Source of the DNA: Paraspadella gotoi
Taxonomy: Eukaryota > Animalia > Chaetognatha
NCBI GenBank assembly: GCA_051294375.1
Contig: CM119267.1
Location: 21,025,755 to 21,089,754 of the forward strand
Reading direction: 5' to 3'
DNA length: 64,000 nucleotides
Shown here: piece by piece, positions 13,256 to 27,862 of the stretch
Layout: each line of letters starts with the position of its first letter
Position numbering within the stretch: position 1 is the first letter of the stretch
Made by a program: the position numbers and the translations under genes
The notes under the pieces: model-generated
Told to the model about the DNA's origin: nothing
Databases searched by the model: none
What the model saw: only the letters and a program-made list of their open reading frames with translations

Positions 13256-14976
13256 TTGGCTACAATAGTCGTTCTTACCTTTTTTGCGCCTTCGGCCTCT
13301 CCGCCCTTAACGCCCTTTCTATTTCTTCCGCCCCTATTTCATCCGAACGACGACAACCGACCGACCGACGCGGGACGGCGAAGCGACCGCCGACCGATCC
13401 GACCGGACCGAATATCCGACCGACCGATCCGACACCGAAACCGAACCGAACAGCCGAGACCGAACCGACCCGACCAGAACCGACGACGTCGTTTCGCAAG
13501 ATTTACTCGAAGATCAAAATCGTCGCAGTCGTTATATGTAAAGAAATCGTGAATACTGTGACCCGGAGGTACGCTCGTACTTGTGACTACGCAATTTGCC
13601 TTTATTCTTATCCAATTCTTTTTCGCTCTTCTTTCTTGTTCCCTTCTTCGCTTTCCACTCTCTTCTTTTTTCTTTCTTTCTTCTCTCCCTTCTCTTTTTC
13701 TCTTTCTCATTCTTCTCTTGATCTCTTTCTTCACTTCTTTCTTTCTTTCATTGATTCATGATTCATTCATTCTAACACTTGCAGCGTGTTCTTTCTTTCT
13801 CTTTCCTTCTTGTTTTCCTTTTTCTTTTTTTGTCTTTTCTTTTCTTATCTTTCTTTCTTATCTATCTTTCTTTCTTTTTTTCTTTCTTTCTTTGTGTTTC
13901 AGTCATTGATTCATTGATTCTTGATTCATTCATTAACAGCGTGTTCTTTCTTTCCTTTCTTTCTTTCTATTCTTTTCTTTCTTTCTTGTGGTCAGAGATT
14001 GATCATTGCACTTCATTCGATTTCATTCATTAACAAGGCGTGTTACATTTCTTTCTTTCTTTTTTTATTCTTTCTTCTTTCCTTTCTTCTTCTTAATTCT
14101 TTCTTTCTTTCCCTTTCTCTTTTCTTTATCTTTCTTTTTTTTTCTATTTTTCGTTCTTTCTTTAATTTCATTCATTTTCTTTCTATTTTTTCGTTCTCTT
14201 TATTTTTATTTATTTTCTTTTATTTAATTTTCATTGATTCATTCCATTAACAAGCGTGTTCTTTTTCTTTCTTTTCTTTTCCTTTCTTTCTTTCTTCTTT
14301 CTTATAAATGTTCTTTCTATTTTTTTCATTCTTTATTGAGAGAGAGAAAGAAAGAGAGAGAAGGGGAAAAAACACGAATTTAACGATTTTTAGAGATAAA
14401 ATATCCAGGCACAGAACGGTGACTTTTTTAAATCCTGAAAAAAAAAGTTTTTTCATCCCTTTTTTTAAATTTTTGTTTTTCTTTCTACCGATTTTTTTTT
14501 CTTTTTTCAACTTTTCCACATCAAAAGCGAATATTTATTTTTTAAAAAAAAACTTTTCCGCTTTTAGTTTCTCTTTCGTATTTTTTATTTAAATTTCTCT
14601 TATCTTTGAGTCATTTTGTAAAGGGAGTTTTCTTAGACGTACGCCTCTGGTCTTTGACTGGTCTTGTCGTCGTCGTCGTAATCGTCGTCGTCGTCGTCGT
14701 CGTCGTCTCCGCCTCTCGTTTCCGTTTACTCTTCGTCGTTCGTATCGTCGTCGTCGTCGTCGTTGGCGCGAGAAACGACGGGGCGCGTCGTCGCTTATAG
14801 CGTCGTCGTCGGAGCGGAACCGACGTCGCTCTTTCAGTAATAAGAGCTTCATACGATATCGTCGCCGTCGTCGTCGTCGTCGTTGTCGTCGGAGTTGACG
14901 CATTTTCGCGCCCAAAAACGGGAGTGAGGCGTCGAATTCTCCGCCGACGCGAGTAACGCCTCCACTCACCGTCCCT

Positions 14977-15062
14977 TCACTCTTGAGCTCACTCTTGGCT
15001 TCACTCTTGGCTTCACTGTTGGGCTTACTCTTGGCTTCACTCTTGGGTTCACTCTTGGCCTC
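14977..15062. repeat. 12-bp tandem repeat (TCACTCTTGGCT), reading EAKS-type repeats on the minus strand
   Basis: About 7 copies. Minus-strand frame MKKTRVDGSQNEAKSEPKSEAKS... ends at a GTGAGT donor near 14969; coding status unproven. Confidence 0.7.
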
Positions 15063-15317
15063 ATTCTGACTTCCGTCAACACGTGTCTTTTTCATTATTT
15101 TTATTTTATTTATAATTATTATTTTTCTTTATTCTCTCCCTATTTTAATCGCACTTAACCAATCTTTTTAATTCTTAGCCCTTTCCTCATTTTATCTCTC
15201 CTTTTCCAACTTCCGGGCGACGGCCAGAAACGCTTAGGGCAAAAACTTACTTTTGTTTCTGCTGGTCTTCGATGAACGGCCAACGCCACTGTCTCTCTTC
15301 TCATGCTCTCTCTCTCT

Positions 15318-15391
<74 letters not shown>

Positions 15392-16404
15392 CCCCCTCTC
15401 TCTCCGCTTCCCCCCTCTCTCTCCCCCTCTTTCCCCTCTTTCTGAAACCGACTCGCGACTATATGAACCCTTTTAGGTCCGTGACCCTCGGCCGACTACC
15501 GACATCGGACGCCGGACAGAAGCGACGGATCGAACTGGACGCCATTTTTTTCGGGTAAAAGTTCCATTGATCGATTGTTCGTTTTCGGTGTTGATTACAA
15601 TAGATGATAGTTAATTATTTATATTTAATAGTTAATTCTAAATTAGAATTTAAATTACAATTTTTTTACAGAAGCAAGATTCATTGAATGAATGTTCTGG
15701 AGGAGGGGAGGAGGAGGAGGAGGAGGAGGAGGAGGAGGAGGAGGAGACGTTAAGAGTGGCAAGAGAAGAGACGGGGAAGATAAAGGCCCTGGCGAGAGGG
15801 GGGGAGCCTCTATCCTGGAATGGATATATATTTTGTATTGTATTGCGCCAATTAGGTTTCAGTTGATTTGATTTAATTTGTTTTGTAATTCTAATAAATG
15901 TGACAATTAACATAGTATTAACGATGAAATCGTTACAGAGCGGTGCATGGTCGTTGAACTTCCCGAAATTATTTTATTTTCAAATATTCATTTCTACAGA
16001 CATTTGTCATTTTTTTGGATTCTTATCACAACTACTATCTATTAAATTTAAAATGAATTCCTCACCAAATTTCCCAACAGCTGCGCCAACAAGGAAGACT
16101 GGCCAGCTGAAGCGGCTGCCGCTACTGAAGCGGCTGCCGCTACTGAACCGCGGTCGCCTCCATTCAAGGAAATTGTTTCATGCGAGTAAATGCGAGAGCA
16201 AGAGAGAGAGAGAGAGAGCGAGAGAGTAGAGAAGAGAGAGAGAGAAGAGAGAGAGAGAAGAGCTTTCGTTGATAAATGTGACGCCGACCGTCAAAAAGCG
16301 AAACCTTTCGGTCGTAATTCATATCGGTCTTTCTCGATCTTACTGTTTGCCACAAACTCTCTCTTGTCTTTTCTCTCACGTCTCTGTCCTCTCCGTCCTG
16401 TCTG

Positions 16405-16436
<32 letters not shown>

Positions 16437-16968
16437 CGTCTCTCTTCGTCGTCTCTCTCATCTCCTCATTCTCTCTCTCTCTCTCTTTCTCTGCTCTCTC
16501 TCCCTCCACAACAGAGGAGCACAATCACTACGCACCTTTCACTCTTCTCTCACAAAGCACGTCCTCATGCGCGGCATTTTATAACTCCTCATTCACAATC
16601 ACTTTCACACCCCCAGCCAAAACCTCACCCCAATCACCACCCCCCTCTCCCACTCTCCCCTCCTCTTTTCCTTATCTCGCAATTTCTCTCGTTCCGCCTC
16701 GCGCACCGGAAATGCGGCCTCGTGAGAGATCCGTTATTAGTCGAGTCAAATAATGGGTAAAAAAAATGGCGTCGAATACTGACCTAAAACTAAGGACATT
16801 GTGCCCGGTGCCTTATTGACCAATGAAGTCCTGTCTTCAGAGCTCGTTTCCTCATTTAATATTCAAGCGTTTATTATTTTTAATGAATATTATTTATGTA
16901 TTTATAAATATAAATATCGAATTCGCCTAAAGTTTTTAATCATTTAGTTTAAATTAGTTTAGTTTAGT

Positions 16969-17140
16969 TTATGAAATTGGTACAACCAATATAAAAATTA
17001 TCTATTCATTTAATAAATAAGCTATCTTGCCCCTGACTTTGGACAGGCTTTGGTGGTTTAAGGCCTCCATCACTCTTACAAGATAATTACATAGCAGGTC
17101 CCTGCAAGCTTTCAATCAAGACTCTCTCACCGTTTATTTA
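16969..17140 (+). repeat. Dispersed repeat family A
   Basis: Near-identical to 62902-63075 (TACAACCAATATAAAAATTATC...GCAGGTCCCTGCAAGCTTTCAATCAAGACTCTCTCAC). Confidence 0.9.
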
Positions 17141-18217
17141 CTCTTAGTTTTGTTTCTTATCGGCCCCATGCAGATTGCGACGCTGAGATAAAATTAGGGC
17201 GCTTATGAAAATTAAATAATTCAATAATTGTTAAACGTGTAATTCTCTCTCAATTACTTTTTTCTCCAGGACTTCTGCACCGGACTGATCGGAACCGCGA
17301 CTTGCTCCATCGTTACCACAACCTTCGTCATGAGCTTCCGCTTCGTGACGCAACGAGACGAACAAAAGAAAGAAGACGAACGTTCCCTCACAGCCTTCAC
17401 GACCGCCACCTTCACGTGTGATCACAGAACTCTCGCGTGAAGAGACCCGTAACGCGTCGTGACGATCTCGTTGGGGCTCGTTAAACGAAACCCGAGGCGG
17501 CGCTACGACCCAGGCGGCGCGTTTTTAGGCCACGGGCGGCGCTACGACCCTAAGCCGGCGCGTTTTCGGTGGACCCGAGGGCGCCGGTTTTTCGTAGACG
17601 GAGCGAGCGCCCATTAAGAGGCGAAACGGGGAAAGAGGGATGGGATTTTTGGCGGGAGTGAAGTCAGTAAGGAAGGGTTGAGCACTTTCTCTTTGAAAGA
17701 TTGTTACTGCATTGTAGAGAAAAGTGGCATAAGTTGAAAGGTCTTGAAACTGTCATTAGTTTAAATTGAATTCTAGAAATAGTTTGCAGACATTGCGCTC
17801 GAATCTTATTTTATTGTTTTGCAACTATTCTTTTCAATTACTTTTCAAGTGCTTTTTTTTTTGCATTCTGTAGGCAAATTTAGATTTTTTGTTCAATGTT
17901 TCCATTTAATCTTTCTATATTTTCATCATTATAATGTATTTGTTTAAAGTGATTAAAGAACCACCAAAAATTAATATAAAAACCTTCTATAACCTTTAAT
18001 CCCCTTTCGCCCTTATTTCCACTCAGAAAGAAATGTTGTCTTTTTCAAAGAACTGTTTTGAATTTACTGCTTCGTCCGTGACTCTCTGGAGATTTTCTTT
18101 CTTTCTTTCTTTCTTTTTTTTTTCAGAGGAAGGCTTTTTAACATCTTTAAGAATTGTACGTCCTTGGTCGGCTTTTTCTTTACGCTTCGTTGTAGGCAGT
18201 CAACGTTTTTCTTCGAT

Positions 18218-18263
<46 letters not shown>

Positions 18264-18576
18264 ACTTTACATTGCTACACACAACGTTTAAAGCCTTTGC
18301 TCCCTCCCCTCTATTTTACCCTTCTCGCTCGTTACCGAGGCAAAGAGCTGACCTCACATTCCAACTTCGTATGAAACTTTTTCAGATAAAATTGACCAAA
18401 TCTCATCTCACTTACCCAATACGATTAAACGCTTCACGTGGAACTCAACCTCACCACAAATATACTTTTGAGATTTTTCTCGAGAACTGACTTATTTCTT
18501 GTAGCTAAATAACTCGCTTTTCTTTTTACCGAGCCTACTTCATCATTCCCTCGCTCTTTCTTCATCTAATCTCATT

Positions 18577-18616
<40 letters not shown>

Positions 18617-20521
18617 ATCTCTTTTCTTTTTTCATCCAAGCCTAAGAGAAAAAGAAAGAAAGCTTTGCGTTGCCACGGATTCCATTACCACGCCTCCTTT
18701 CGATGCAACGATGCAAACGTGTGCGCAAATGGCGCAAACGTGCGAGCGACAACGATGACGGTGATCCGAAGAAAAATAAAAGGAAATCGCGGGGATTCGA
18801 GGCGCCATCTTCGATCGCCTGGGCCTTTTTGTTTCATCATATCATTTTCTTTTCTTAAGTTACAGAGGCGTTTGTTCGTCTGAGGATGGTCTTTTCTTTT
18901 ACCGTTACCAGCTACAATAATGTATCAAGGCAGAGTTATTATTTAAATACGTAGTTGCTCTGATAAAGTCATTCAACCGATAAAAAATCAAACTTCGGTA
19001 AACTTTCTTTTTAGAAAATGAACAATAATGGCAACTGTTGTTGAAACAATACGTTTTTCCTTTATTTTTCTTTCCAAGAAGATTTCCAAGAATCCTTTAG
19101 ACTTTCCCTTCGCACCTGAGATTTTTTTTTTTTCTTCCTTTTTTCCTTTTTCTTCCTTTTTTCTTTTTACGTCTTTCTGCTTTCTTTTCTTTTCTTTTCT
19201 TTTCCATTTATTTTGCTTCTCTGCTATTCTCTCCTTTTTTCTCATTTTCCTTAATTTTCTTACTTAGTTACTCCCTTTTTTTCGTATGCTTTCATTTTTC
19301 CTTTTTGTTCCTCTCACCATGATATGTATATTTATTAATTTATCTGTTAATAAATAAATTTTTAATCCATTTAATACTACTTTTAATAAAAGTAGTATTA
19401 CCGTGCTCGAGGAAATTTTACTTTTATCCGATTTGGAAATCCTCTCCGATATATTTTGATAAAATCATAAATGAAATTCTTACTTTCGATCGGCCGCAGT
19501 AGCTGCTGCCGCTGCCTGCCTTCCCTCCTTGCACATTTAATCAAGTTACATCCGCTGCTATCTGCTCTTTTAGACTCTCTCACATTCAAGTAAAAAGTAG
19601 GAGGAAATAAAAACAATTTGATTTTTAATCTTGAGTGGCGTTTCTTTGTCGGCAAAGATTAATTATCGGCTTAGATCAAAGAATTGACGACGAAGTAAAT
19701 GACAAAACCTAACAGACGACCACAACAACAACAACAACAACAACAACAACTTTTCAACTTTAACCACGGATCGCGCGTACCTCAGTAGAAAATAAAAAAA
19801 AACCTCGCGAACGATTCGTCCGAGCGAAAAAAAAAAATTCATGAACCTTCGTCGTTTGGAGACACGCCCCCTAATGACGCGACCGCCGACGACCCATGCC
19901 AGACTACCCTTTTCCGGATAGCCCCATACCGGGTAGACCCCCCCCCCATCCGGCACGCCCACTAGCCTTCGGCGATGAAGCCGTATAATACTTTTTTTTT
20001 CGAGCCACAGACCCGGAAACGACTTTTTCTACTCGACGTCGAAGCAACGTTGCGTTGTGGCAGCCATTGACGGCAACGGACAATTTTGCCACTGTTGCAA
20101 TTGAGCTCTGTAACGGTTTGGAAAATGTACTATTTTATATAATGAAGGAATAGAGGTTTAAAGTTTTTTTTTATCATACGTAATGCAGTTTTAAAATTCG
20201 AGTTTAAATTGAGTAAAGTAAACTTTATTTTTGTATTAAATTCAAATATAGTTGAATTATAAATACAAATACAAAAAAAAATAGTTTTTTTTCCCCCGAA
20301 AGTTACTTTCACCTTCTTTTAGCAACGATTGCTACGCCACAGCTCTGACTTGCTGGCGCTCAGTCACGGTGGCGCCCAGCCACGGTTTTTCTACTTTTTC
20401 CCCCCGTCTAACGAGTTCAGTGGAGCCGAGTCTGAATTCCCTCGCGATGGATCGACAATCTGCTATCGGAATGCAAAAGCAGAGCGAAGAAAGTGAAAAG
20501 TGAAAAGTGATTAAAGAGATC

Positions 20522-20676
<155 letters not shown>

Positions 20677-20891
20677 TAAATACAAAATATTGGCAACAAT
20701 TATGATACTGAAAAGACACGATAAGTCGACGAATGGAAAGAATTTAGTCTTCTGTTGAAATATCGAAAGGAACTGCTCTAAATCCCATAACAGTCACTGC
20801 GCCATTCGAGAAAGATTGTTTATTACAGAGAGAGAGAGAGAGCGAGGAGAGCGAGAGAGAGCGAGAGAGAGCGAGAGAGAGAGAGAGAGAG

Positions 20892-20936
<45 letters not shown>

Positions 20937-21293
20937 CGCACCAATGTCGGATCATGGCATCGATGTGACGCAATGTGACCACCCCAAACGGATTGACCAA
21001 ATCGCCTTTTCACGCACAAACACGTGACTTTCACATCCCAATTAGAATCACGAGCGACGACGACGACGCAAACCGGAAGTGAACGAGAATCGCCGATTCC
21101 CTGGTCGGAATCACCGCCTCATTCGTCTCTATCAACGACTCTCTTTGACACACTCTCTCTCTCTCTCTCTCTCTCTCTCAATCGTTTGCTCTCTTACACT
21201 CTTTCTCTTGGTTCTTTTTTCTTTGTCTCTTAATTTGACCTGCACTCATTAACTCCCTCTCGCTTCTCTTTATCTCTCTCCTTCACAGTCTAC

Positions 21294-21838
21294 TAGACAT
21301 AGCCGATGAAATTTAAATGCTAGTGTATACTATACTATAATCTATACTATACTATACAGCGTTAAAAAAATCTATCATGAGCATAGATTATAGTGTTAAA
21401 TTTTTTTTTCAAAAATACTTTCTTCTGAGGGTACTCGCCTAATTAAATTTTTTTTTTAATTTTAAAATTTTTTGATGGATTCTGATAGAGCATAAAAAGT
21501 TCAACAAGAAATATATTTACAGCTTTTAAAAATTCTTACGTTTTCTCTGTAAAAATTTAAAAAAACTGATAAAATCATCGAAAGATGACAATTTTTTACG
21601 GTTTTTATTATTTTTGATCTACTTATCCTAAAAATATTTAGAAAATAACCATACTTACTTTTTATGAGCTATCTGAATCTGGTCTTAAAATTTTAAAGAA
21701 ATATTTGGACTTCTTATCTATAAAAAATATTAAAAAATTACTAGGGTATAGAGCCATAAGATTTTTTGTTCATTGAAAGTATACTTAAAAATGTATAAAT
21801 TGTCGTTTGACTCACCCCATTGTGTACGGCTATCCCTA
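21294..21838. mobile_element. MITE-like non-autonomous TIR element (~545 bp, AT-rich)
   Basis: Ends TAGACATAGCCG...CGGCTATCCCTA (10/12 inverted match, TA at both ends); diverged inverted copy at 48498-49074. Confidence 0.75.
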
Positions 21839-22348
21839 ACTCTACTCCTCTCTTTCTTTCTCGACATATTTAAATGTCTTTGAAGCAAAAGTCGACTAAC
21901 CCGCCAAACAACATTCAGAACGCAGATCTCCGAACATTTTAAAGTTTTCCATTGTTCATTCGACTTTTTCGATTCTTATTTACTACCGTCGATTTCTTGT
22001 AGAGTATGTTTATTTTTCCCCCGCCGCGATTCGAATAAAATCTGTGTTAACTTACATTTACTCTGTTTCTGTTGAAGAAAAATTGCGTTGAATTTGACCG
22101 AGTAAAAATTGAGTGATACAGCTCAAATAGTTCAAACGAAAACGACGACGAAGACGACGACGACGAAATCTGTCTACTATGCGACCCGTCGGTGGCCAGC
22201 GAGAATGACTTAGAAACATTTGACCTAGAATGACCTCGTTATGTTTGACCTTTTCAACTAATGTAAACACGCCTCAAGTTTTTATTTTATTTTAATTATT
22301 GATTAACCATTCCAGGACATCGAAACAAGTAAGCACTCCGAAAAAGCT

Positions 22349-24082
22349 ATGACTTCGTATTGGAAGAGGGACGTCGTCAACGTCTTCGTCGGCATAGTCG
22401 TCGCCGGTTTGCAAGTGTTCGTCGCCTCGGCCACGGATGAGATGGGCAATGAGCATTTTCGATTGACTCTTCCGAGAGTCGATTTGAATTACGACGACGA
22501 AGCCTGTACCGGGCGTCTCTTGAAGGTGCTTCAATTTAATTTTATCACATCCCTTAACGTATGTTTATCAAATTCGTTAATACAGAATAATAAATATAAT
22601 AATTATAGAGAGGGTGAGCTTCGCTTTGTACTTTATTGGTGAACCAAGCTTTAAAGGTTAAACGTATGAAATTACTTTAAAAGCTTAATCAGGATCTATG
22701 GCCCCATTGGTCACATTATGGCTGATTATAACAGATTTTTATCTTTATAAGGAGAGGTACTACGTCTTCAAGGTGGAAATTCAATACCATAGTAGTGGCA
22801 ACAATCACGCGGAGTTCGAAGTTTCCAAGTGCAGTTCCAATTGCAGGTCGGCGAAATTACGTTTTTAAATTACCTCATTAGTCATTAAGCGACAGTGACT
22901 CTAATAATAATTAATCTTTTTTAACGTTATCATCGAAGGAACGGAATCGAAATCGAATAGGAATCGAATCGGAATCGAATCGGATGAAAAATCAAAAAAA
23001 TATTATACATAACCTTAAACCCAATACGAATTATTCACTCCACTCACAGTTCGGCCTTTTTATAAATGTTTTCATTTTTCAATGACAGACATTTTAAGTG
23101 GAACGACTTACTTTAGTATCTACTTACTATTTACTTAGTATCTATTTACTATCTAATGCAGAAAGTATTTTTAACCTCGTGTTTTGTAGATATTTCTTCT
23201 ATTTTCAGAAGACAACACTAACGTCCCTCTCCCCATCGTATTTCAATAGTAATTAAAGTTAAACTATTAATCACATTTAATATATATTTCCCTTTTTTTT
23301 ATATTTTTAAAATTCAGCTCAATATAGTAATTCAAAAATTAAATCTAGTAATTTTTTTGATCTCCAACAATCTTCCTTCCGACATCCAGGACCAAGAACG
23401 ATTGCTCCACAGCCAAAACCATCTTCTTTTGGGGCAAAAACGGCCCCGAATTGACTCTCCCGCCTCAAGTCGCCTTCTCCGTAGGAGGCGAAGACGATAA
23501 CCCTTACGTCATCCTCCGCGGACGCTACTTCCGGCCAGGCGTCTACGAATCGGCCACTGTCACCTTAACCGCCACAACCGCTGCACCTCAGTACATCGCC
23601 TTCCCGCTGTTGATCGCCGCCCTCGGGCCGCCCATCCCGCCGGGAAAACAACACGTGGACGCCTTCCACGATGTCTTGAAGGAAGAGGAAGGGTCTTGCT
23701 TTCGCTTCGGCGTGCGGACCCACGCGCTCGGATTAATGGTCACGGCGTATCGCACTAGGGATGGAAATTCAGTTTTGATGGGCCGTGCGGATCCGAAAAG
23801 ACCGCCAGGGTTTCGAAAAATCAATAATGCGGTGAGAAAGACTTTTTTGGAATTGGTACAATCAATAGGAAAATTATTAATTTTATATATTTTTTATATA
23901 TTTCCCATTTATGTATATTTTATTTATACTTACCCACTCAGGTCGACGTCGCCGTCGGCGACAGGATCGTTGTTCGCTGCAATTACAACAACACGAGAAG
24001 CGTAGACGTTTATTTTGGCGCCACGCAAATGGACGAAGTCTGCAAATTTTATCTGCTTTGCTTCAGTCGTGTCGAGGATTAG
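22349..24082 (+). CDS. Secreted PHM-like protein (copper type II ascorbate-dependent monooxygenase fold), 284 aa, predicted catalytically impaired; exons 22349-22525, 22752-22846, 23390-23831, 23942-24082
   Basis: Exon phases are consistent; N-terminal hydrophobic signal; IFFWGKNGPELTLPPQVAFSVGG, IPPG, RTHALG..VTAYRTRDG, VDVAVGDRIVVRC and DEVCKFY follow the PHM catalytic core in order. The exon 2 acceptor is the least certain boundary. Confidence 0.88.
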
Positions 24083-25700
24083 TGAGAAAATTTACTCGCT
24101 TTCTCTCGGTCATCTTCTGTCACAATCAAAACAATCTTTCCTTCAACCCGAAGTGAGCCGCGGTGAATACGTGTGAAACGAGTCTCTGAAGACTCTCTCT
24201 CTCTCTTTCTATTTTTTTTTCTCCCGATCCTTGAAAAGACGCAAAAGTTTTAAAAACATGTTTTAACCAAACGAAAAATCTTTGTCAAGCTTTGCAATAA
24301 ATTTTTTTTTTAACTTACACATATGGATTTTCCATTTCAAAATCTATATTTATCATTAATAATTTTTTCTCTTTTTTTTCACAGGTCTGTAAATATATTT
24401 ATATATATATCTCTTCAATTAAACGTATTTCTGCAAAAAGGGTATTAAATAAAAATATCTTTCCTAGTAGTAGTAGGTTTTTATACCTGTACAATAACCT
24501 CTTAAATCGATTAGGTAAGTGCGGTCGACAAATCAAGTGAAAAGATTTAATCTCCTGTTGAACCGGTTTTTGATCTTTAAATGTTGATAAAACCCGCAGC
24601 TGCATTTTGCGTTTCTATGCTGCGTCGACTACTGTGATCTCTCTCTCCCTCTCTCTCTCTCTCTCAAACCTGATTCGTGTCCTTTCGTCAGTTAACAATA
24701 GCAAACATATACGTCCCAACTGTCAATTTTTCAATTTTGTTTAAATTTTTGTTTTCGATCTAACGGGGAAACTTTGGCTACTGAGAAAAACTCGCCTGAT
24801 TTTTGGATTCAAACAATAAAATTTGTCAATTCCGGTTTTTTTTTTCATTTTTGAGTGTCGTTACTGATTCTGTCGTACTCTCTCTCCTTATGTTGAAGGT
24901 GCTTATAGAATGGTGTTTAAAAATTATCATTATTAATGCATTCTTGCTTGACCAGTTGTATTTGTTTCCACTATGTTGCGCTACTCATTGCCAGAACAAT
25001 AAAACAAAAACAAAACAAAAAAAACCAACTTTTTCACCTCTATGAGAGATTAAACTTAATCCATCGTGATCTTCCACATTCAAAAGGCTTTCGAGAGTAA
25101 TTTCAGAGACATTCCAGAAACATTACAGAGACATTCTAGACATATTCTAGAGACAATTTAAACAATTATGACTTACTTGAGACGTTAAATAAAAAAATGC
25201 GCCCTCTACTAATAAAAACCGACGCTTTTTTCAATTGACGAGCATTCACTGTCTTGACATCGACTCCACGCCTCAACAGTTCACGGCTTAGTCATCTTCC
25301 CTCGTGGGATCAACCTTTCACGCCCGACACAGAGAGAGAGGAGAATGAAGAGGAAGAGAGGAGAACGAGAGATGAGAGAGAGTAGAGAGAGAGAGAAAAA
25401 GTAGAGAATCTCAATCAGGAATTCATGGAATAATAAATCAGAGACGGAAGAAGAGCGAACAGAGAAAGGGATAGAGAGAGAGAGAGAGAAGCGAAGACAG
25501 AGACAGAGACAATCGCTGAGGAAAAAGTAGGGTCGTTAATTTCGAGTCACAGTAAAAAAAAAAGAAAAAAAGGGGAAAAAAAGAAATAAAAGAAAATGAC
25601 GAAAGGCGACGAGGCTGAAAATCCAGGAGCGGAGGAGGAGACGGAGGTAAAATGATTGATTGATTGACTTCTAAAGTTATTGATTGATTGANNNNNNNNN

Positions 25701-26034
25701 NATAGAATGGTGTTTAAAAATTATCATTATTAATGCATTCTTGCTTGACCAGTTGTATTTGTTTCCACTATGTTGCGCTACTCATTGCCAGAACAATAAA
25801 ACAAAAACAAAACAAAAAAAACCAACTTTTTCACCTCTATGAGAGATTAAACTTAATCCATCGTGATCTTCCACATTCAAAAGGCTTTCGAGAGTAATTT
25901 CAGAGACATTCCAGAAACATTACAGAGACATTCTAGACATATTCTAGAGACAATTTAAACAATTATGACTTACTTGAGACGTTAAATAAAAAAATGCGCC
26001 CTCTACTAATAAAAACCGACGCTTTTTTCAATTG
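25701..26034 (+). repeat. Extra copy of 24905-25234 directly after an N gap
   Basis: Appears identical to 24905-25234 and starts at the gap; probably a scaffolding artefact. Confidence 0.9.
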
Positions 26035-27520
26035 AAAAAAGCAGGAGATGATTTTTTCTTTTTTTCTTCCTTTTTTCTTTTTCTTCCTTTTTTCTTTTTA
26101 CGTCTTTCTGCTTTCTTTTCTTTCTTTTCCATTTATTTTTGCTTTCTCTGCTATTCTCTCCTTTTTTTTCATTTTCCTTAATTTTCTTACTTAGTTACTC
26201 TACTTTTTTTTCGTAATGCTTTCATTTTTTCCTTTTTGTTCCTCTTCACCATGAATATGTATTTTTATTTAATTTATCTGTTTAATAAATAAATTTTTTT
26301 AATCCATTTAATACTACTTTTATAAAAGTAGTATTACTAGTGCTCGAGAAATTTTACTTTTACCCGATTTGGAATCTCTCCGATATATTTGATAAAATCA
26401 TAAATGAAATTCTACTTTCGATCGGCCGCAGTAGCAGCTGCCCGACGTCACAGAGCCCTGCTCCTTCCCTCCTTGCACATTTAATCAAGTTACATCCGCT
26501 GCTATTGCTCTTTTTAGACTCTCTCACATTCAAGTAAAAAGTAGGAGGAATAAAAACAATTTGATTTTTAAATCTAGATGGCGTTTCTTTGTCGGCAATT
26601 ATCGGCTTAGATCAAAGAATTGACGAACGAAGTAAATGACAAAACCTAACAGACGACACAACACACAACAACACTTTTCAACTTTAACCACGGATGCGCG
26701 CGTACCTCAGTAGAAATAAAAAAAAAAACCTCGCGAACAGATTCGTCCGAGCAAAAAAAAAAATTCATGAAACCTTCGTCCGTTTGGAGACACGCCCCCT
26801 AATGACGCGACCCCCGACGACCCATGCCAGATCCCCTATCCCTTTTCCGGATAGCCCCAATACCGGTAGACCCCCCCCCATCCGGCACGCCCACTAGCCT
26901 TCGGCGATGAAGCCGTATAATACTTTTTTTTTCGAGCCAGACGCGGAAACGACTTTTTCGAACTCGACGTCGAAGCAACGTTGCGTTGTGGCAGCCATTG
27001 ACGGCAACGGACCATTTTTGCCACTGTTTGAAATTGAGCTCTGTAACGGTTTGGAAAATGTACTATTTTATATAATGAAGGAATAGAGGTTTAAAAGTTT
27101 TTTTTTATCATACGTAACTGCAGTTTTAAATTCGAGTTTAAATTGAGTAAGAAAACTTTATTTTTTGTATTAAATTCAAATATAGTTGAATTATAAATAC
27201 AAATACAAAAAAATAGTTTTTTTTTCCCCGAAAGTTACTTTCACCTTCTTTAGCAACGATTGCTACGCCAACAGCTCTGACTTGCTGGCGCTCAGTCACG
27301 GTGGCGCCCAGCCACGGTTTTTTCCAACTTTTTCCCCCCGTCTAACGAGTTCAGTGGGAGCCGAGTCTGAATTCCCTCGCGATGGATCGACAATCTGCTA
27401 TCGGAATGCAAAAGCAGAGCGAAGAAAGTGAAAAGTGAAAAGTGATTAAAGAGATAGATAGATAGATATATAGATAGATAGATAGATTAGATAGATAGAT
27501 AGATAGATTAGATTAGATAT

Positions 27521-27553
<33 letters not shown>

Positions 27554-27802
27554 GATAGATAGATAGATAATTAGATAGATAGATAGATAGATAGGATAGA
27601 TAGAATAAATACAAAATATTGGCAACAATTATGATACTGAAAAGACACGATAAGTCGACGAATGGAAAGAATTTAGTCTTCTGTTGAAATATCAAAGGAA
27701 CTGCTCCTAAATCCCATAACAGTCACTGCGCCATTCGAGAAGATTGTTTATTACAGAGAGAGAGAGAGAGCGAGGAGAGCGAGAGAGAGCGAGAGAGAGC
27801 GG

Positions 27803-27862
<60 letters not shown>

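Noticed and set aside
13260-13278. Apparent 19-nt minus-strand intron GTAAGAACGACTATTGTAG
   Set aside because: All well-supported introns here exceed 60 nt, and the downstream sequence is a non-triplet minisatellite.
8000-16760. Many ORF-track entries rich in SLSL, ERER, FFLS or RRRR
   Set aside because: They are translations of (GA)n, (CTTT)n and (GTC)n microsatellites or N gaps; no coherent gene model could be built.
17270-17440. Exon-like GC-rich segment after a CTCCAG acceptor
   Set aside because: Two frames are open, with no recognisable motif and no linkable upstream exon.
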